NCBI GenBank assembly: GCA_963835195.1
Contig: CAWIEY010000016.1
Location: 172,198 to 236,197, forward strand
DNA length: 64,000 nucleotides
Direction: 5' to 3'
Origin: an uncultured Alphaproteobacteria bacterium
Lineage (GTDB): Bacteria; Pseudomonadota; Alphaproteobacteria; Rhizobiales; Xanthobacteraceae
Shown: piece after piece, positions 49,217-64,000 of the stretch
Layout: each line of letters opens with the position of its first letter
Position numbering within the stretch: position 1 is the first letter of the stretch
The notes under the pieces: generated by a model
Told to the model about the DNA's origin: nothing
The model's database searches: none
Seen by the model: the letters and a program-made list of their open reading frames with translations, nothing else
Translations under genes and position numbers: made by a program

Positions 49217-51333
49217 GTGCCGGCCGCGCAGTCTTATCCCCACCTGTTCTCACCATGGCAACTGCGTCATACGCGGATTGCAAACCGGGTGATTTTTGGA
49301 CCGGTTTGTCCCACATGGGTGAGGAGCGCGCACGAGGGAATTTTTACCGACCAGGCCGTCGCCTACTATGAGGAGCGCGCGCAGACCGGACTAGGAATGA
49401 TTATCCTCGGCGGTCAAATCGTCGAAAAGGACACAATCTATACGCCCGCGGCATTCCCCGGCCTGTGGAACGACGAGCAGGTGGAGGGCATGGCCAGGGT
49501 CGCCCGGGCGGTCAAGAAGCACGGCTGCGCCTTGATCGCCCAATTGCTGCACGTCGGGCTGCGCTCGCCGACGCCTTTCCTGAAGACCGATCCGGCTCGC
49601 GATCCATACGAGTATAACGCCTATACGGTCGCTCCCAGCCAAATGGCAATCGGCGAAATCCCCGGCGGCCCCACGGCGAAGGAGCTGGAAGAACACGAGA
49701 TCGAGCGCATTCTCCACTCTTTCGCCGAAGCCGCGCGACGCGCCGTCAGCGCCGGGCTTGACGGCGTCGAACTGCACCTGGCGCACGGCTATTTGCCCTG
49801 GCAATTCCTGTCGCCGCTCTACAATCAGCGAACCGATCGCTGGGGCGGATCGTATGAAATCGTTTGCGCTTTTCCGTCGAGTGCCTGCGGCGCATCCGCG
49901 GCAAAATCGGCAATCGCGCCATTCTCGGATACCGCATCAACTCCACGTCGTTTTGGGAAGGTGACCTTGAGATCGAAGACGTAAAACGCGTGCATCTCGA
50001 TCTCGAACAGCAAACCGACATCGATTACGTCAGCGTCTCGGCGGGCGTGCATCACTCTTGGATTCACACGCCGATGACCTTCGAGCAAGGATGGGAACGC
50101 AAGTACGCGCGGGCTTTCAAGGATGTGTCGAAAAAGCCGGTGTTGATGGTCGGCCGGATCAGCTATCCGGACGTCGCCGAAGACCTCATCGCATCTGGCG
50201 ACGCCGATGCGGTCTTGCTGTCGCGGCAGATGATCGCGGACGAGCAGTGGCTCACCAAGGTCAAAGAAGGGCGAGAAAGAGATATCAGGCGATGTGTCGC
50301 CGCCAACTATTGCTGGCGATCGGTCGTCCGCGGCAGCCGTGTGCAATGCGCCTATAATCCAGTCGTCGGACGCGAGGCGCTCTGGGGCGCGAATGCAACC
50401 CGCAAAACCTACGGGCGCAAACGGGTGCTTGTCGTCGGCGCAGGACCGGCCGGGCTTGAATATGCCCGCGTCGCCTCCGGTCAAGGCAACTCAGTCGTTG
50501 TCTACGAGCGTGAAGCAGCCGTCGGCGGGCACGTTCGCGCGTATGGCGCTCTGCCTTATCGCCAGCAATACGGAACCATAGCGACGTGGCTCGCTGAACA
50601 AGCAAGAGGTAACAGCGCCGACATCAAGCTTGCGAGCCCGGTGACCCGGGAAAATATCGCTTCCATTCTTGCTGCAGAAAAACCGGACCATGTGGTGGTT
50701 GCCACTGGCGCGCGTTATCGGCGTGACGGTTTCCAGGGGCAAACCGGAAAGCCAATCGCCGGATGGGAAACCGGCAACTGCGTGTCATGGGACGAAGTGG
50801 CGTTGGATAAAGTATCGGCGCCAGGCGGCGAGGTTCTAGTCATTGACGAAATGGCGGATGTCGCGGCACCGCTGACCGCGGTGAAAATGGCCAAGCAAGG
50901 CGCGCGGGTAAGCCTTTTGACCAGATGGCCGATGATCGGAATGGAAACGGTCCAGGAAGTCTATTTCCACTGGATCATGACGTATTTGTATGAGGCAAAA
51001 GTCGACATCCTCACCTTTCATACCGTTAAACGCATCAACGGGCGCACCGCGGAGATCGTCAATGTGTACGAGCCGTCGCGGGTCCGCAGCATCGGCGCAG
51101 AGCTTATTGTCATGGCGACCGCGCGAAGCTCTGAAACCGAGCTGCATCACATCTTGCGTGAGCGCGGCGTGAGCGTCGAGGCAATCGGCTGTGCGGTTGC
51201 GCCACGCTCGGTCTACGAGGCGACGCTTGAAGGGCACCGCGCCGCCCGCAGCCTCGACGCTTCGCAATGGACACGGATCAGCCGGGACACGGCGCAAAGC
51301 CATGTCCCGCAATACTACAACACGTCGTCCTGA
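49217..51333 (+). pseudogene. Two-domain NADH:flavin oxidoreductase (Old Yellow Enzyme TIM barrel + FAD/NAD(P) Rossmann domain, 2,4-dienoyl-CoA reductase-like); one frameshift at ~49858
   Basis: GVELHLAHGYLPWQFLSPLYNQRTDRWGGSYE is in ORF 49217-49984. LRFSVECLRRIR..VLVVGAGPAGLEYA is in ORF 49864-51333. Restoring one A in the A-run at 49857-49859 gives GGSYENRLRFSVE. Confidence 0.85.
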
Positions 51334-51350
51334 CCCGCGGGCAATCCGGC

Positions 51351-52607
51351 CTACTCGTAGCTCTTCTTGCATACCGGGACTTCGCGCCCGGGCAGGCCAA
51401 TTCGATCAAAAGCCGCCTTGGACAGGCCAAGCCGCTCCTGCACGTTGGGCACGATCTTGACCACCTTGTTGACCAGATCGCCATTCTTGTCCTTGACGAC
51501 TTCGGTGACAAAAACCGTGCCGATCGCCTGGCGATTTTCGTCAAGCTTGATCTGGCCGTTGGGCGCGTCGAGCACGAGCGAGGCCAACGCTGCGCGGAAT
51601 TTCTTGTGGCCGTCGCTGAGATCGCCGTTGACCTTGTCGAGCGCTTGCAGCGCGGCGGTGGTCTCGTCGTAATAATTGACCGCGCAGAATCCCGGTCTTG
51701 CTCCCTTCGAGGCGTCCTGGAAAGCTTTCACGAACGCCTGCCAATGCGGATCGTCCCAAGTGTCGGCCCAGTGCGTCGCCGACGGGACACCGATCAGCGC
51801 GTCTTTCGCCTTGCCCTTCGACGCGAGTACGGTCTGGTCGATCATGATCGAGCCGCCGATGAGGTGGGCGTGGCCGCCGGCCTGCTGGTATTGATTGAGG
51901 AAGTTGAGAGCGTCGGCGCCGCCGAGGCCGAGGTAGATCGCGTCAACGTCTTCTGAGAGAAGCTGCGGAATATAGGAGGCGAAGTCCTTGGTGCCGAGCG
52001 GCACCCACAGTCGCTTGGTGATCTGGCCGCCGGCGGGGCAATAATCCAGCGCCAGGCCGAACACTTGCGTGTAGGTGAACGCATAGTCCTCGGCGATGGT
52101 CGCGATCTTCTTGTAGTGCTTGACGTTGTAGATGTACTGGCCGAGCCCCTTATGGATCTGGGCGCCGTCGAGATTGAAGCGGAAGAAATTCGGCGCCGGA
52201 TTGACGTAGGTCGTCTCGAGCGCGGCGGAGCAGCCGTTAATGAACGTGACCTGCGGCTGGGTCTTCGCATAATCGTGGATGGCGATACCTTCGGCACCGG
52301 AGAGCGGGGCGATGAGGATGTCCACTTTGTCCTGCTCGACGAGCTTCTTGGCCGCGCGCAGCGCCAAATCCGGTGTCGTGTCCGATGAGCCTCGGAAAAT
52401 CTCGAGCTTCTTGCCGCCCGCCATGTTGTGATGCTGCTGGAGCGCGAGATCGAAGCCGCGCTGGCCGTCCTCGCCGAGACTCGTATAGGTCCCTTCAAGC
52501 GTCGCGAAAAAGCCGATCTTGATGGTGTCGCCGGCGGCATTGGCGGCACCACAGCCGAGAAGAACGCTGACAGCGGCGGCGCACGCGATCCCCATACCCT
52601 TTTGCAT
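51351..52607 (-). CDS. ABC transporter substrate-binding protein (branched-chain amino acid / PBP1 type), orphan
   Basis: Signal peptide GIACAAAVSVLLGCGAANA, then IKIGFFATLEGTYTSLGEDGQRGFDLAL. An AGGAGG RBS precedes ATG 52607. No permease or ATPase genes are nearby. Confidence 0.75.
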   Translation of the reverse strand: MQKGMGIACAAAVSVLLGCGAANAAGDTIKIGFFATLEGTYTSLGEDGQRGFDLALQQHHNMAGGKKLEIFRGSSDTTPDLALRAAKKLVEQDKVDILIAPLSGAEGIAIHDYAKTQPQVTFINGCSAALETTYVNPAPNFFRFNLDGAQIHKGLGQYIYNVKHYKKIATIAEDYAFTYTQVFGLALDYCPAGGQITKRLWVPLGTKDFASYIPQLLSEDVDAIYLGLGGADALNFLNQYQQAGGHAHLIGGSIMIDQTVLASKGKAKDALIGVPSATHWADTWDDPHWQAFVKAFQDASKGARPGFCAVNYYDETTAALQALDKVNGDLSDGHKKFRAALASLVLDAPNGQIKLDENRQAIGTVFVTEVVKDKNGDLVNKVVKIVPNVQERLGLSKAAFDRIGLPGREVPVCKKSYE

Positions 52608-53010
52608 AGGTTTCCTCCTGATGTCCGAGCCCCGCAATGCGACGCATCGCGGTCGAGTCGAGTTGTGTATTTGTTGCAGGGCAACCCCCGCGGTCTTCTG
52701 TCGGGACCGTTTCGCCGATCGTAGCAGATCGCGGCAGCCGGTGACGCTGTGTCAATTAACCGCGCTTTGCCGGTCTTCTCTGCTTTGATCCGGCCGGTTG
52801 CTCCGGACCGAGCCCATCACTTGATATTACGGCTTGCGACTGCGGCTGAATGAATTTCCCGCTGCGCACCGCCGACGACACATTATCTTGCGCCACGGCT
52901 TAGTGGCGCCGTAATGACGCGAACAGCCCATGTCGACATCTGCTGCATCGACGATGGCATGTCGGCGATCGAGCAAAAAACCGACTTTCGCGTAAAACCG
53001 GGAGAAGCTT

Positions 53011-53316
53011 ATGCCAGCCTATTGGGTCGCACGCGCGAAGATCAACGATCCGGTCGAGTACAAGAAATATGCGGACCTGGTGCCGGCCACCCTCGCGAAA
53101 TACGGCGGTAAGGTTTTGGCGCGGGGCGGCCGCTTTCAGATCATGGAGGGGCCGCAAAAATTCTCGCGCTTCGTGGTGATCGAATTCCCCACGTTCGAGC
53201 GGGGCGTCGCCTGCTTTCAATCCGACGAGTACAACAAAGCCGCCGCCTTCCGCCGCCAAAACGGCGCCGGCGAAGTCGAGACCATAATCCTCGACGGTCG
53301 TGAGGCGACGAGCTGA
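53011..53316 (+). CDS. DUF1330 domain protein
   Basis: MPAYWVARAKINDPVEYKKYADLVPATLAKYGGKVLARGG..VVIEFPTFERGVACFQSDEYNKAAAFR. Confidence 0.8.
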   Translation: MPAYWVARAKINDPVEYKKYADLVPATLAKYGGKVLARGGRFQIMEGPQKFSRFVVIEFPTFERGVACFQSDEYNKAAAFRRQNGAGEVETIILDGREATS

Positions 53317-53769
53317 TCCGGCATGGCGGCTTGGCCGGCGACGGCATCGAACTTCACGGATCGCTCTGCCTTCGCATCGTTAAGGTTAGTCACAACGTCC
53401 GCGGATGAACAGCAAATCGCCATTTTCATCATAAAGAAACCGACTTGCGTTTATGTGGTCAGGACAATGGCGGGTGAACAGTCGTTCATGTTTCGACGTT
53501 CCGCATAGTCCCGATAGGGTGTGTGTCGTTCGGCGCACCTTGCTGTGACCCAACGGCCACAGGTAAAAGATGAAATCCGGGGCGATAGCCCTTCAATCGG
53601 CGAAAACAATTGTATTTTCGTCGATTGGCCCGTTCAATCGGGCGGGGACTTGATGATTCAGGAGAAAATTGCTGAAGCGGTGAGGTGCATTTGTCTTGAA
53701 GTTTGCTCCGCATCTGGGGGCCGAGCAAACATGTGAGGGCGGACGAATGCGACAACGGCGGGTGAACTG

Positions 53770-54888
53770 ATGATCAAAAGCGTGCGTACAACAGCGGCGA
53801 TTGCATTCGCGATCGCTCTCGCAGCGGGTTTGTGTGAAACGAGCGCGATGGCGGTGACGTTCTATCCGGAAGATACCGCCTACCGAAACGCTCCACAGCA
53901 GACCACGCCGATCGATGCGTTCGGCTACCTCGGCGGCAAATTGGAAGCTCGCTTTTATGAGCCGCACGCAACAACAAACGATCCGCGCGAAGAGATTAGC
54001 GAGGCGGCATCCTTGTACGGCATTGATTTGCCGATGATGCTGTCAATCGCCAAGGTGGAGAGTGATTTCAATCCGCATGTGCGGACTGGATCGTATAAGG
54101 GGCTGTTTCAACTCAGCGACTATGAGTTCGCGAAATACGGTGACGGCAGCATCTGGGACGCGCGCGACAACGCTCGCGCGGCTGCGCACATGTTTTTGGT
54201 CCAGGCCGAGAGGTTCAAATGGGCGCTTGGCCATTTTCCCGACTACGCCGAGCGATACATGGTGCATCAGCAGGGGATCGAGGGCGCGATCGAGCATTAC
54301 GAACACCCGGATCGCGTTGCCTGGCAATCCATGTGTGCGACGAGCGAGGGCCTTCAGAAGGGCGAGCACTGGTGCAAAAAGTGCATCTGGGGAAACCTTC
54401 TTCCCCGATGGAAACGCCTTTTCGGAAGTGTGGATAAAATATCGAGCGGCGACTTCGTCAGTCTTTGGACCGGACGAATCAATCTGCTCGCCAACAGATA
54501 CAATGACGTGACAGAAGGCGTGAAAGAAGCGGGCTCCGCAAATCCGCCTCTGACAGAAAGCGAGAACGAAGCGGCCTCTGCAGATCTGCCTCTGGCAGAA
54601 AGCCTGAAAGAAGCGACCTCTGCCAATCCGCCGTCCAGCGCCGAGGCCCCGGTTCGCGTCATCAGCATGCGGGTTCATCCCCGAATGCATCGCACTGCCG
54701 CGCGATCACGTCATGCAATTGTCGCTACCGCCAAGGGCAAAGGCAAACGTATGCTTGCGCTGGCGGTTAGTCCGGCAGACAGCAAGGCAACCCGAGCGAG
54801 GCCACATCAGGCGGCGGCAGCGCGAAGACGAGGAATCGTAACCAAGCCAAACCGCCCGCAGAGACAAGCCGCCGTCATTCCTCGGTGA
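53770..54888 (+). CDS. Secreted SLT-like transglycosylase-domain protein with repeat-containing basic tail (lower-GC gene)
   Basis: Signal peptide MIKSVRTTAAIAFAIALAAGLCETSAMA. SLT-type block LPMMLSIAKVESDFNPHVRTGSYKGLFQLS. The C-terminal part is Ala/Arg/Lys-rich. Confidence 0.6.
   Translation: MIKSVRTTAAIAFAIALAAGLCETSAMAVTFYPEDTAYRNAPQQTTPIDAFGYLGGKLEARFYEPHATTNDPREEISEAASLYGIDLPMMLSIAKVESDFNPHVRTGSYKGLFQLSDYEFAKYGDGSIWDARDNARAAAHMFLVQAERFKWALGHFPDYAERYMVHQQGIEGAIEHYEHPDRVAWQSMCATSEGLQKGEHWCKKCIWGNLLPRWKRLFGSVDKISSGDFVSLWTGRINLLANRYNDVTEGVKEAGSANPPLTESENEAASADLPLAESLKEATSANPPSSAEAPVRVISMRVHPRMHRTAARSRHAIVATAKGKGKRMLALAVSPADSKATRARPHQAAAARRRGIVTKPNRPQRQAAVIPR
54526..54645 (+). repeat. About 2.8 tandem copies of a 42-bp (14-aa) unit inside 53770-54888
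   Basis: EAGSANPPLTESEN / EAASADLPLAESLK / EATSANPPSSAE. Unit starts are at ~54526, 54568 and 54610. Confidence 0.75.
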
Positions 54889-55198
54889 GCGGACACCGAT
54901 CGAAGCGATCACGGGGCTCATTCCAACCGGAATGGGCCAAGTGATCGGTTTTGCCCACCCGGCCAGTGGGCGCCCCTGACGCTTCGCGCCAGGGACTTGA
55001 GGAAGTCCCGACCCCATCGGCTTTGGGCAATGGCGCCCAACGCGCCCGGTTGGGTGCAGTTCTCGGCCGTTTCCGACTGTCATTTGCTCCTCCGCTCCTC
55101 CGGCCGTAGCGGCGTGGGGTCTCCAGGTATGAGAAATCGGAAAGAACGAGGGGTGCGGCCGTAAGTTCCCAAGGCAGCCGCTTTAGGAGTTGAGTTGG

Positions 55199-55345
55199 AT
55201 GATTGCAGAACAGAAAGACAAAAAGGCAAGCGAACCCACCCCCAAGGATGCGCAAAAAGGCGGGCAAGGCGCCGTTGGGAATGAGGATAAAGGAGCCGAA
55301 CTCAATCAGAAGGGCCATCCAGGCTCCGGCGCCAAAAAGAACTGA
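55199..55345 (+). CDS. Possible 48-aa Lys/Gly-rich hydrophilic protein (below the ORF-track length cut-off)
   Basis: AGGAG at 55185-55189 lies 9 nt before ATG 55199. Translation: MIAEQKDKKASEPTPKDAQKGGQGAVGNEDKGAELNQKGHPGSGAKKN, stop at 55343-55345. Confidence 0.4.
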   Translation: MIAEQKDKKASEPTPKDAQKGGQGAVGNEDKGAELNQKGHPGSGAKKN

Positions 55346-55625
55346 CGGCTCATCACGGAAGGCGAAATCATCGACGGCGTGCGATGGCTGAACTCGGTCG
55401 CCGCCTCAGGACGTGAAACCGAAAACCGGATGCGGCGCGCGTTATCCTTGGACTTTGGCATCTGCGATGCCGTTGCCGAGTTCGCTCGCCGCGTGCGGAT
55501 CACGATCGGCGGGAGTTTGTCGCTCTGGCGGAACGATCTCTAAGCAGGCGCGTTCGCTCGCAAAGGTCATCCCGCTCTGCAGGCCATCGGCTCGCTGTGG
55601 CGCGATGGTCCAGAGGGAGACGTAC

Positions 55626-56006
55626 ATGTCAGAGCACAATCCAGCCAGGAAATCGTTTGAAACCGGCGCGAGAGCGGCGCGGGAAGCAGCCGAAAGCGGA
55701 ACGGAGGCGGCTGAGCAAGCGGCGAAACGGGCCGAGCAAAGCTATTCGACGGCAGCGGAGGGTCTTCGCGACTTCAATGCCAAGCTGATGAATATGGCTC
55801 AGGCTAACACGACGGCCGGCTTGAATTTTCTCGCCGAGTTGGCCCGCGCAAAGGGACCGACGGAGGCATTTGAGCTGTGGTCACGGCACACCCAGACGCA
55901 GTTTCAAAGAATGACCGAGCAGTCGCAGGAATTGGCAACCCTCGGACAGAGGATTGCCACCTCAAGCACCGAGCCACTGCGGCGCGGTTTAGATCTGACG
56001 CGGTGA
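55626..56006 (+). CDS. Phasin-family protein
   Basis: AEGLRDFNAKLMNMAQANTTAGLNFLAELARAKGPTEAFELWSRHTQTQFQRMTEQSQELATLG. ATG at 55626 lies inside ORF 55413-56006. Confidence 0.7.
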   Translation: MSEHNPARKSFETGARAAREAAESGTEAAEQAAKRAEQSYSTAAEGLRDFNAKLMNMAQANTTAGLNFLAELARAKGPTEAFELWSRHTQTQFQRMTEQSQELATLGQRIATSSTEPLRRGLDLTR

Positions 56007-56107
56007 TGCAAACGCAAAGCCTGAGCAACCGCTCCCGTTGTGACCTTTCCGCGCTCAAGTCAGATTAGGTAGCCCAATCCGCCCCGCTCTTGCTCAGCGG
56101 CTGGGCA

Positions 56108-56428
56108 TCATTGGTTATCGAAGGTTACGCCAGACTGCGGACCGTGATAATGCGGGGAACCTTCGGGAAAGGTCGACATGCAAGGCGGAATCCGGTTCTG
56201 ATATGGCCAGGCGCAGCGGCCTTGGGCCGAGCCATACAAGTTCCGCGTCTCAGAGGGCCGCCAGTGGCGTGATGCGTGTTTCTTCGGATAAGTTTTGTAC
56301 GTTTTGGCGACGTGCGTCGTCGGCCCTTGTTGATCGGGTCGCGCCATCGAGAGCGTCGGAGCCAACAACAGCGTGAACGCGATCGTCGCAGCGCCTACAG
56401 CGCGCAGACGGTTTTCGTATGTTCTCAT
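56108..56428 (-). CDS. Small secreted hypothetical protein
   Basis: Signal peptide MRTYENRLRAVGAATIAFTLLLAPTLSMA, then a basic His/Tyr/Pro-rich 77-aa mature part with two Cys. Confidence 0.45.
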   Translation of the reverse strand: MRTYENRLRAVGAATIAFTLLLAPTLSMARPDQQGPTTHVAKTYKTYPKKHASRHWRPSETRNLYGSAQGRCAWPYQNRIPPCMSTFPEGSPHYHGPQSGVTFDNQ

Positions 56429-56740
56429 GACAAACACCTTAATTCGTTGCCGGCGCGGCTCTGACCCGCCGAACACCATATAAGTGCAAGACCGGCGGCG
56501 AGAAGCCTGGGCTGCGGCGCGTGAGAACCGTTCGCCCAAGGTTTGCTGCCCACGGTTCGTCCAAAGCGATGCCCGCCACTGCGGCGGCGACCGCGATCTC
56601 AAGGGCGATGGTTACGCGGGACAGCGGAACCGATACGAATGTCGCAATGCGAATTTTGCCGCTGGCCAAAAAAAGCTATACATGCCCGGGTTTCGGCAGC
56701 GTACCTAGCACTCGCCGCGGCCCAGGCGGCTTAACGAACG

Positions 56741-57884
56741 ATGCGAAATAAATCTGTTCTGGTGATCGGCGGCGGCATTGGCGGGCTGGCCGCTGCAAGA
56801 GCCCTTGCGTCGCTGGCCATTGCCGTGACGGTCATCGAAAAGCGCCCCGGCAATCAGGTCCTTGGCGTCGGCATCAACCAGCCGGCGAATTCGCTCCAGA
56901 GTCTTGCGTGATCTCGGCGTGCTCGACGATATCCTTGCCAATGGCTATCTCATCGACCGGACAAGTTTCTTCGACCACAAGGGAACTCTTGTTGCCGACA
57001 TTCCGTCGTCGCTGGGCGGCGACGTGCCAGCTAACTGCGCTTTGCGCCGCAGCGCGCTGGCTGATGTCCTTTACAGTGCGGCGGCCGCCGCCGGGGCCGT
57101 CATTCATCACAGTTTAGAAGTCACGGAACTGCACGATAACGGAACCTCGGTGGCCATTGTCGGCCGGGGCGCGGAACTTGGACGCTTTGACCTTGCGATT
57201 GCCTTTGACGGCATGAATTCGCGTATTCGCGAGGATTTGTTCGGTGGCGAAAAGCAGCCGGCTTACACGGGCTATTATGTCTGGCGCGTCACGCTGCCGC
57301 GCGATCCGTCGGTCACGTATGTCCAGGTATTTCATGGATCAAAGTCGTATGCGGGGGTCATCCCCTTGTCCGAAAAATATATGTACATGTTCGTCGTCAC
57401 CCGCGAACAACCGGGCGCGCGCTATGCTCCGGCAGATTTTCGCAAAGTTCTGACCACGCAGCTCGCCGAGTTTACCGGCCTGATTGGCAGGCTGCGCGAC
57501 GCCTTGCCGGCGGACGCGGATATCGTGTGCAGTCCGCAATATGAGTTTCTGCTGGAGCCCGTTTGGCACAAGGGCCGGATCATCGTCGCGGGCGATGCCG
57601 CGCATCTGTCGGCGCCTACCTTGACGCAAGGCGCGGCCATGGCGCTTGAAGATGCGGCGCTGCTGGCCGACATGCTCGAAGGCGATTTGCCGTTGCCGAC
57701 CTTGTTCGAGCAGTTCGCCGCTCGCCGTGCGCCACGGGTCAAGCTGGTGCAGCAAGTCTCCGGGACCATTCTGCGGTGGCCGGATTTGGTTGATAAGCTG
57801 GGCTACGAAGGCGCTATCGAGGTGCTGTCGCATGCCGGCGAACGGGTGACAGCCGTCGAAAAAGTGCTGAACCGGCCCTACTGA
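56741..57884 (+). pseudogene. FAD-dependent monooxygenase (UbiH/salicylate hydroxylase-like); one frameshift at ~56896
   Basis: ATG 56741 gives MRNKSVLVIGGGIGGLAAARAL..GINQPANSL, then a stop. ORF 56862-57884 continues RVLRDLGVLD..GDAAHLSAPTLTQGAAMALEDA. Removing one C at 56896-56897 restores NSLRVLRDLG. Confidence 0.85.
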
Positions 57885-57987
57885 TAGCCGCGGCCCGTCC
57901 GCCGCGCTTGCCGCCACCTCGCGCCACAAGGCGCAAGCAGGTATGATTTCCTGGTGCTGACACAGAAGCGACCCTGAACAAGGCTCG

Positions 57988-63067
<5,080 letters not shown>

Positions 63068-63071
<4 letters not shown>

Positions 63072-63432
63072 GCAAGCGCATTCTGGTGGTCGAAGACCAG
63101 GAAGACAACCGGCAGATCCTGCGCGACCTTTTGACCAGCGTCGGCTTCCAATTGCTCGAGGCTGAAGACGGCGCGCAGGGCGTCGCCGCGGCGCAGGCGC
63201 ACCGCCCGGATTTGATCCTGATGGACATCCAGATGCCGGTGATCGACGGCTATGAGGCGACGCGGCGGATCAAGGCCAATCCGAGCTAAAAACGATTCCG
63301 ATCATCGTGGTGACGTCGTATGCGTTGTCCGGCGACGAAGAAAAAGCCCGCGCCGCGGGCTGCGACGACTACATCACCAAGCCATATAGCCCGCGCCAGC
63401 TGCTGGCGAAGATCAAAGAACATCTGCATTAG
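63068..63432 (+). pseudogene. Single-domain CheY-like response regulator; one frameshift at ~63283; start overlaps the kinase stop (ATGA)
   Basis: MSKRILVVEDQEDNRQILRDLL..DLILMDIQMPVIDGYEATRRIKANP, then a stop. Restoring one G gives ELKTIPIIVVTSYALSGDEEKARAAGCDDYITKPYSPRQLLAKIKEHLH, stop at 63430-63432. Confidence 0.85.
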
Positions 63433-63454
63433 CGGCATTCGGCAGATGTTGAAG

Positions 63455-63590
63455 CACGTGGCGCACGCGGCATGTTCCCCTCCCCCTTGTGGGGAGGGGG
63501 TGGGGGTGCACCCTTGCAGTTCATCTCGTGAGTCACCCCCCTCCCTACCCTCCCCCACAAGGGGGGAGGGAACGGCCACGTGCGCGTTTG
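63455..63590. repeat. G/C-tract palindromic element (GGGAGGG type) between two response-regulator genes
   Basis: Hairpins are CCCCTCCCCC-TTGT-GGGGAGGGGG (63477-63500) and CCCTCCCCC-ACAA-GGGGGGAGGG (63548-63570). The minus-strand G4 motif GGGGGAGGGTAGGGAGGGGGG is at 63536-63556. Outer arms contain CACGTGG / CCACGTG. Confidence 0.75.
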
Positions 63591-63614
63591 CCCGGGAATG
63601 AGCGGAGCGTTGTC

Positions 63615-64000
63615 ATGCATAATCCGCCGCGCATTCTCATTGTCGACGACAACGAGACCAACCGCGACATCTTGATGACGCGGCTTGACCCGCACGGCTA
63701 TGAGCTCCTGCAGGCGGCCGACGGCGAGGCAGCGATTGCCGCCGCGCGCACGCACCATCCCGATCTGATTCTGCTCGACGTGATGATGCCGAAGATCGAC
63801 GGCATCGAAGTGTGCCGGCGGCTCAAGTCCGACGCCGATCTGCCGTTCATGCCGATCATCCTGGTGACCGCCAAGGCCGACACCAAGGACGTCGTCGCAG
63901 GCCTTGAGGCCGGCGCCGACGAATACCTGACCAAACCGGTCGATCAGGCGGCGCTGGTGGCGCGCGTCAAGTCGATGCTGCGGATGAAGGAGTTGCCCGA
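63615..64000 (+). CDS. Response regulator receiver domain, 5' partial (output domain beyond the window)
   Basis: ATG 63615 gives MHNPPRILIVDDNETNRDILMTRL..DLILLDVMMPKIDGIEVCRRLK..ILVTAKADTKDVVAGLEAGADEYLTKPVDQAALVARVKSMLRMKEL. The frame is open to the end of the window. Confidence 0.85.
   Translation, partial: MHNPPRILIVDDNETNRDILMTRLDPHGYELLQAADGEAAIAAARTHHPDLILLDVMMPKIDGIEVCRRLKSDADLPFMPIILVTAKADTKDVVAGLEAGADEYLTKPVDQAALVARVKSMLRMKELP

Noticed and set aside
54875-55318. 147-aa minus-strand ORF in the lower-GC islet
   Set aside because: It has no RBS, an odd composition and no recognisable motif. It overlaps a better-supported small plus-strand ORF that has a strong RBS.

Overview
This is a GC-rich chromosomal segment; by eye roughly mid-60s % G+C, not computed. 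It looks alphaproteobacterial, order Hyphomicrobiales, most like Nitrobacteraceae/Bradyrhizobium-type genomes. That placement is inferred from protein motifs and from the GTCAT...ATGAC and GGGAGGG-type intergenic palindromes. I can support about 55 protein-coding loci. I recognised no rRNA, tRNA, CRISPR array, transposase or integrase. The content falls into these groups:
- Core metabolism: pncB, class I fumarase, prpE, purE-purK, rpsU.
- Transport: TauE, Bcr/CflA MFS, GntP, and an orphan ABC binding protein.
- Envelope and stress proteins: HdeD, YqhA, LapA-like, phasin, patatin, two SLT transglycosylases.
- Signalling: two GGDEF proteins, and an 8xGAF histidine kinase followed by two receiver proteins.
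- A HicAB toxin-antitoxin pair and several small secreted proteins.
The most unusual locus is 3.5-12.9 kb. It holds a ~7.6-kb gene for a giant repeat-rich, probably secreted protein. That protein begins with a FecR-like domain and contains a legume-lectin-like domain. It is paired divergently with a small secreted FecR-domain paralog and a TPR protein.
Main caveat: twelve loci are interrupted by single-base frameshifts. They include the giant gene, both GGDEF genes, both molybdopterin oxidoreductase subunits and the kinase. Several shifts sit at short base runs, and they are clustered at 1-3.5 kb and 9.15-10.0 kb. Sequence alone cannot tell whether these are consensus indel errors or true pseudogenes, and every functional inference on those genes depends on the answer. 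Hand-indexed coordinates for small motifs may be off by a base or two.
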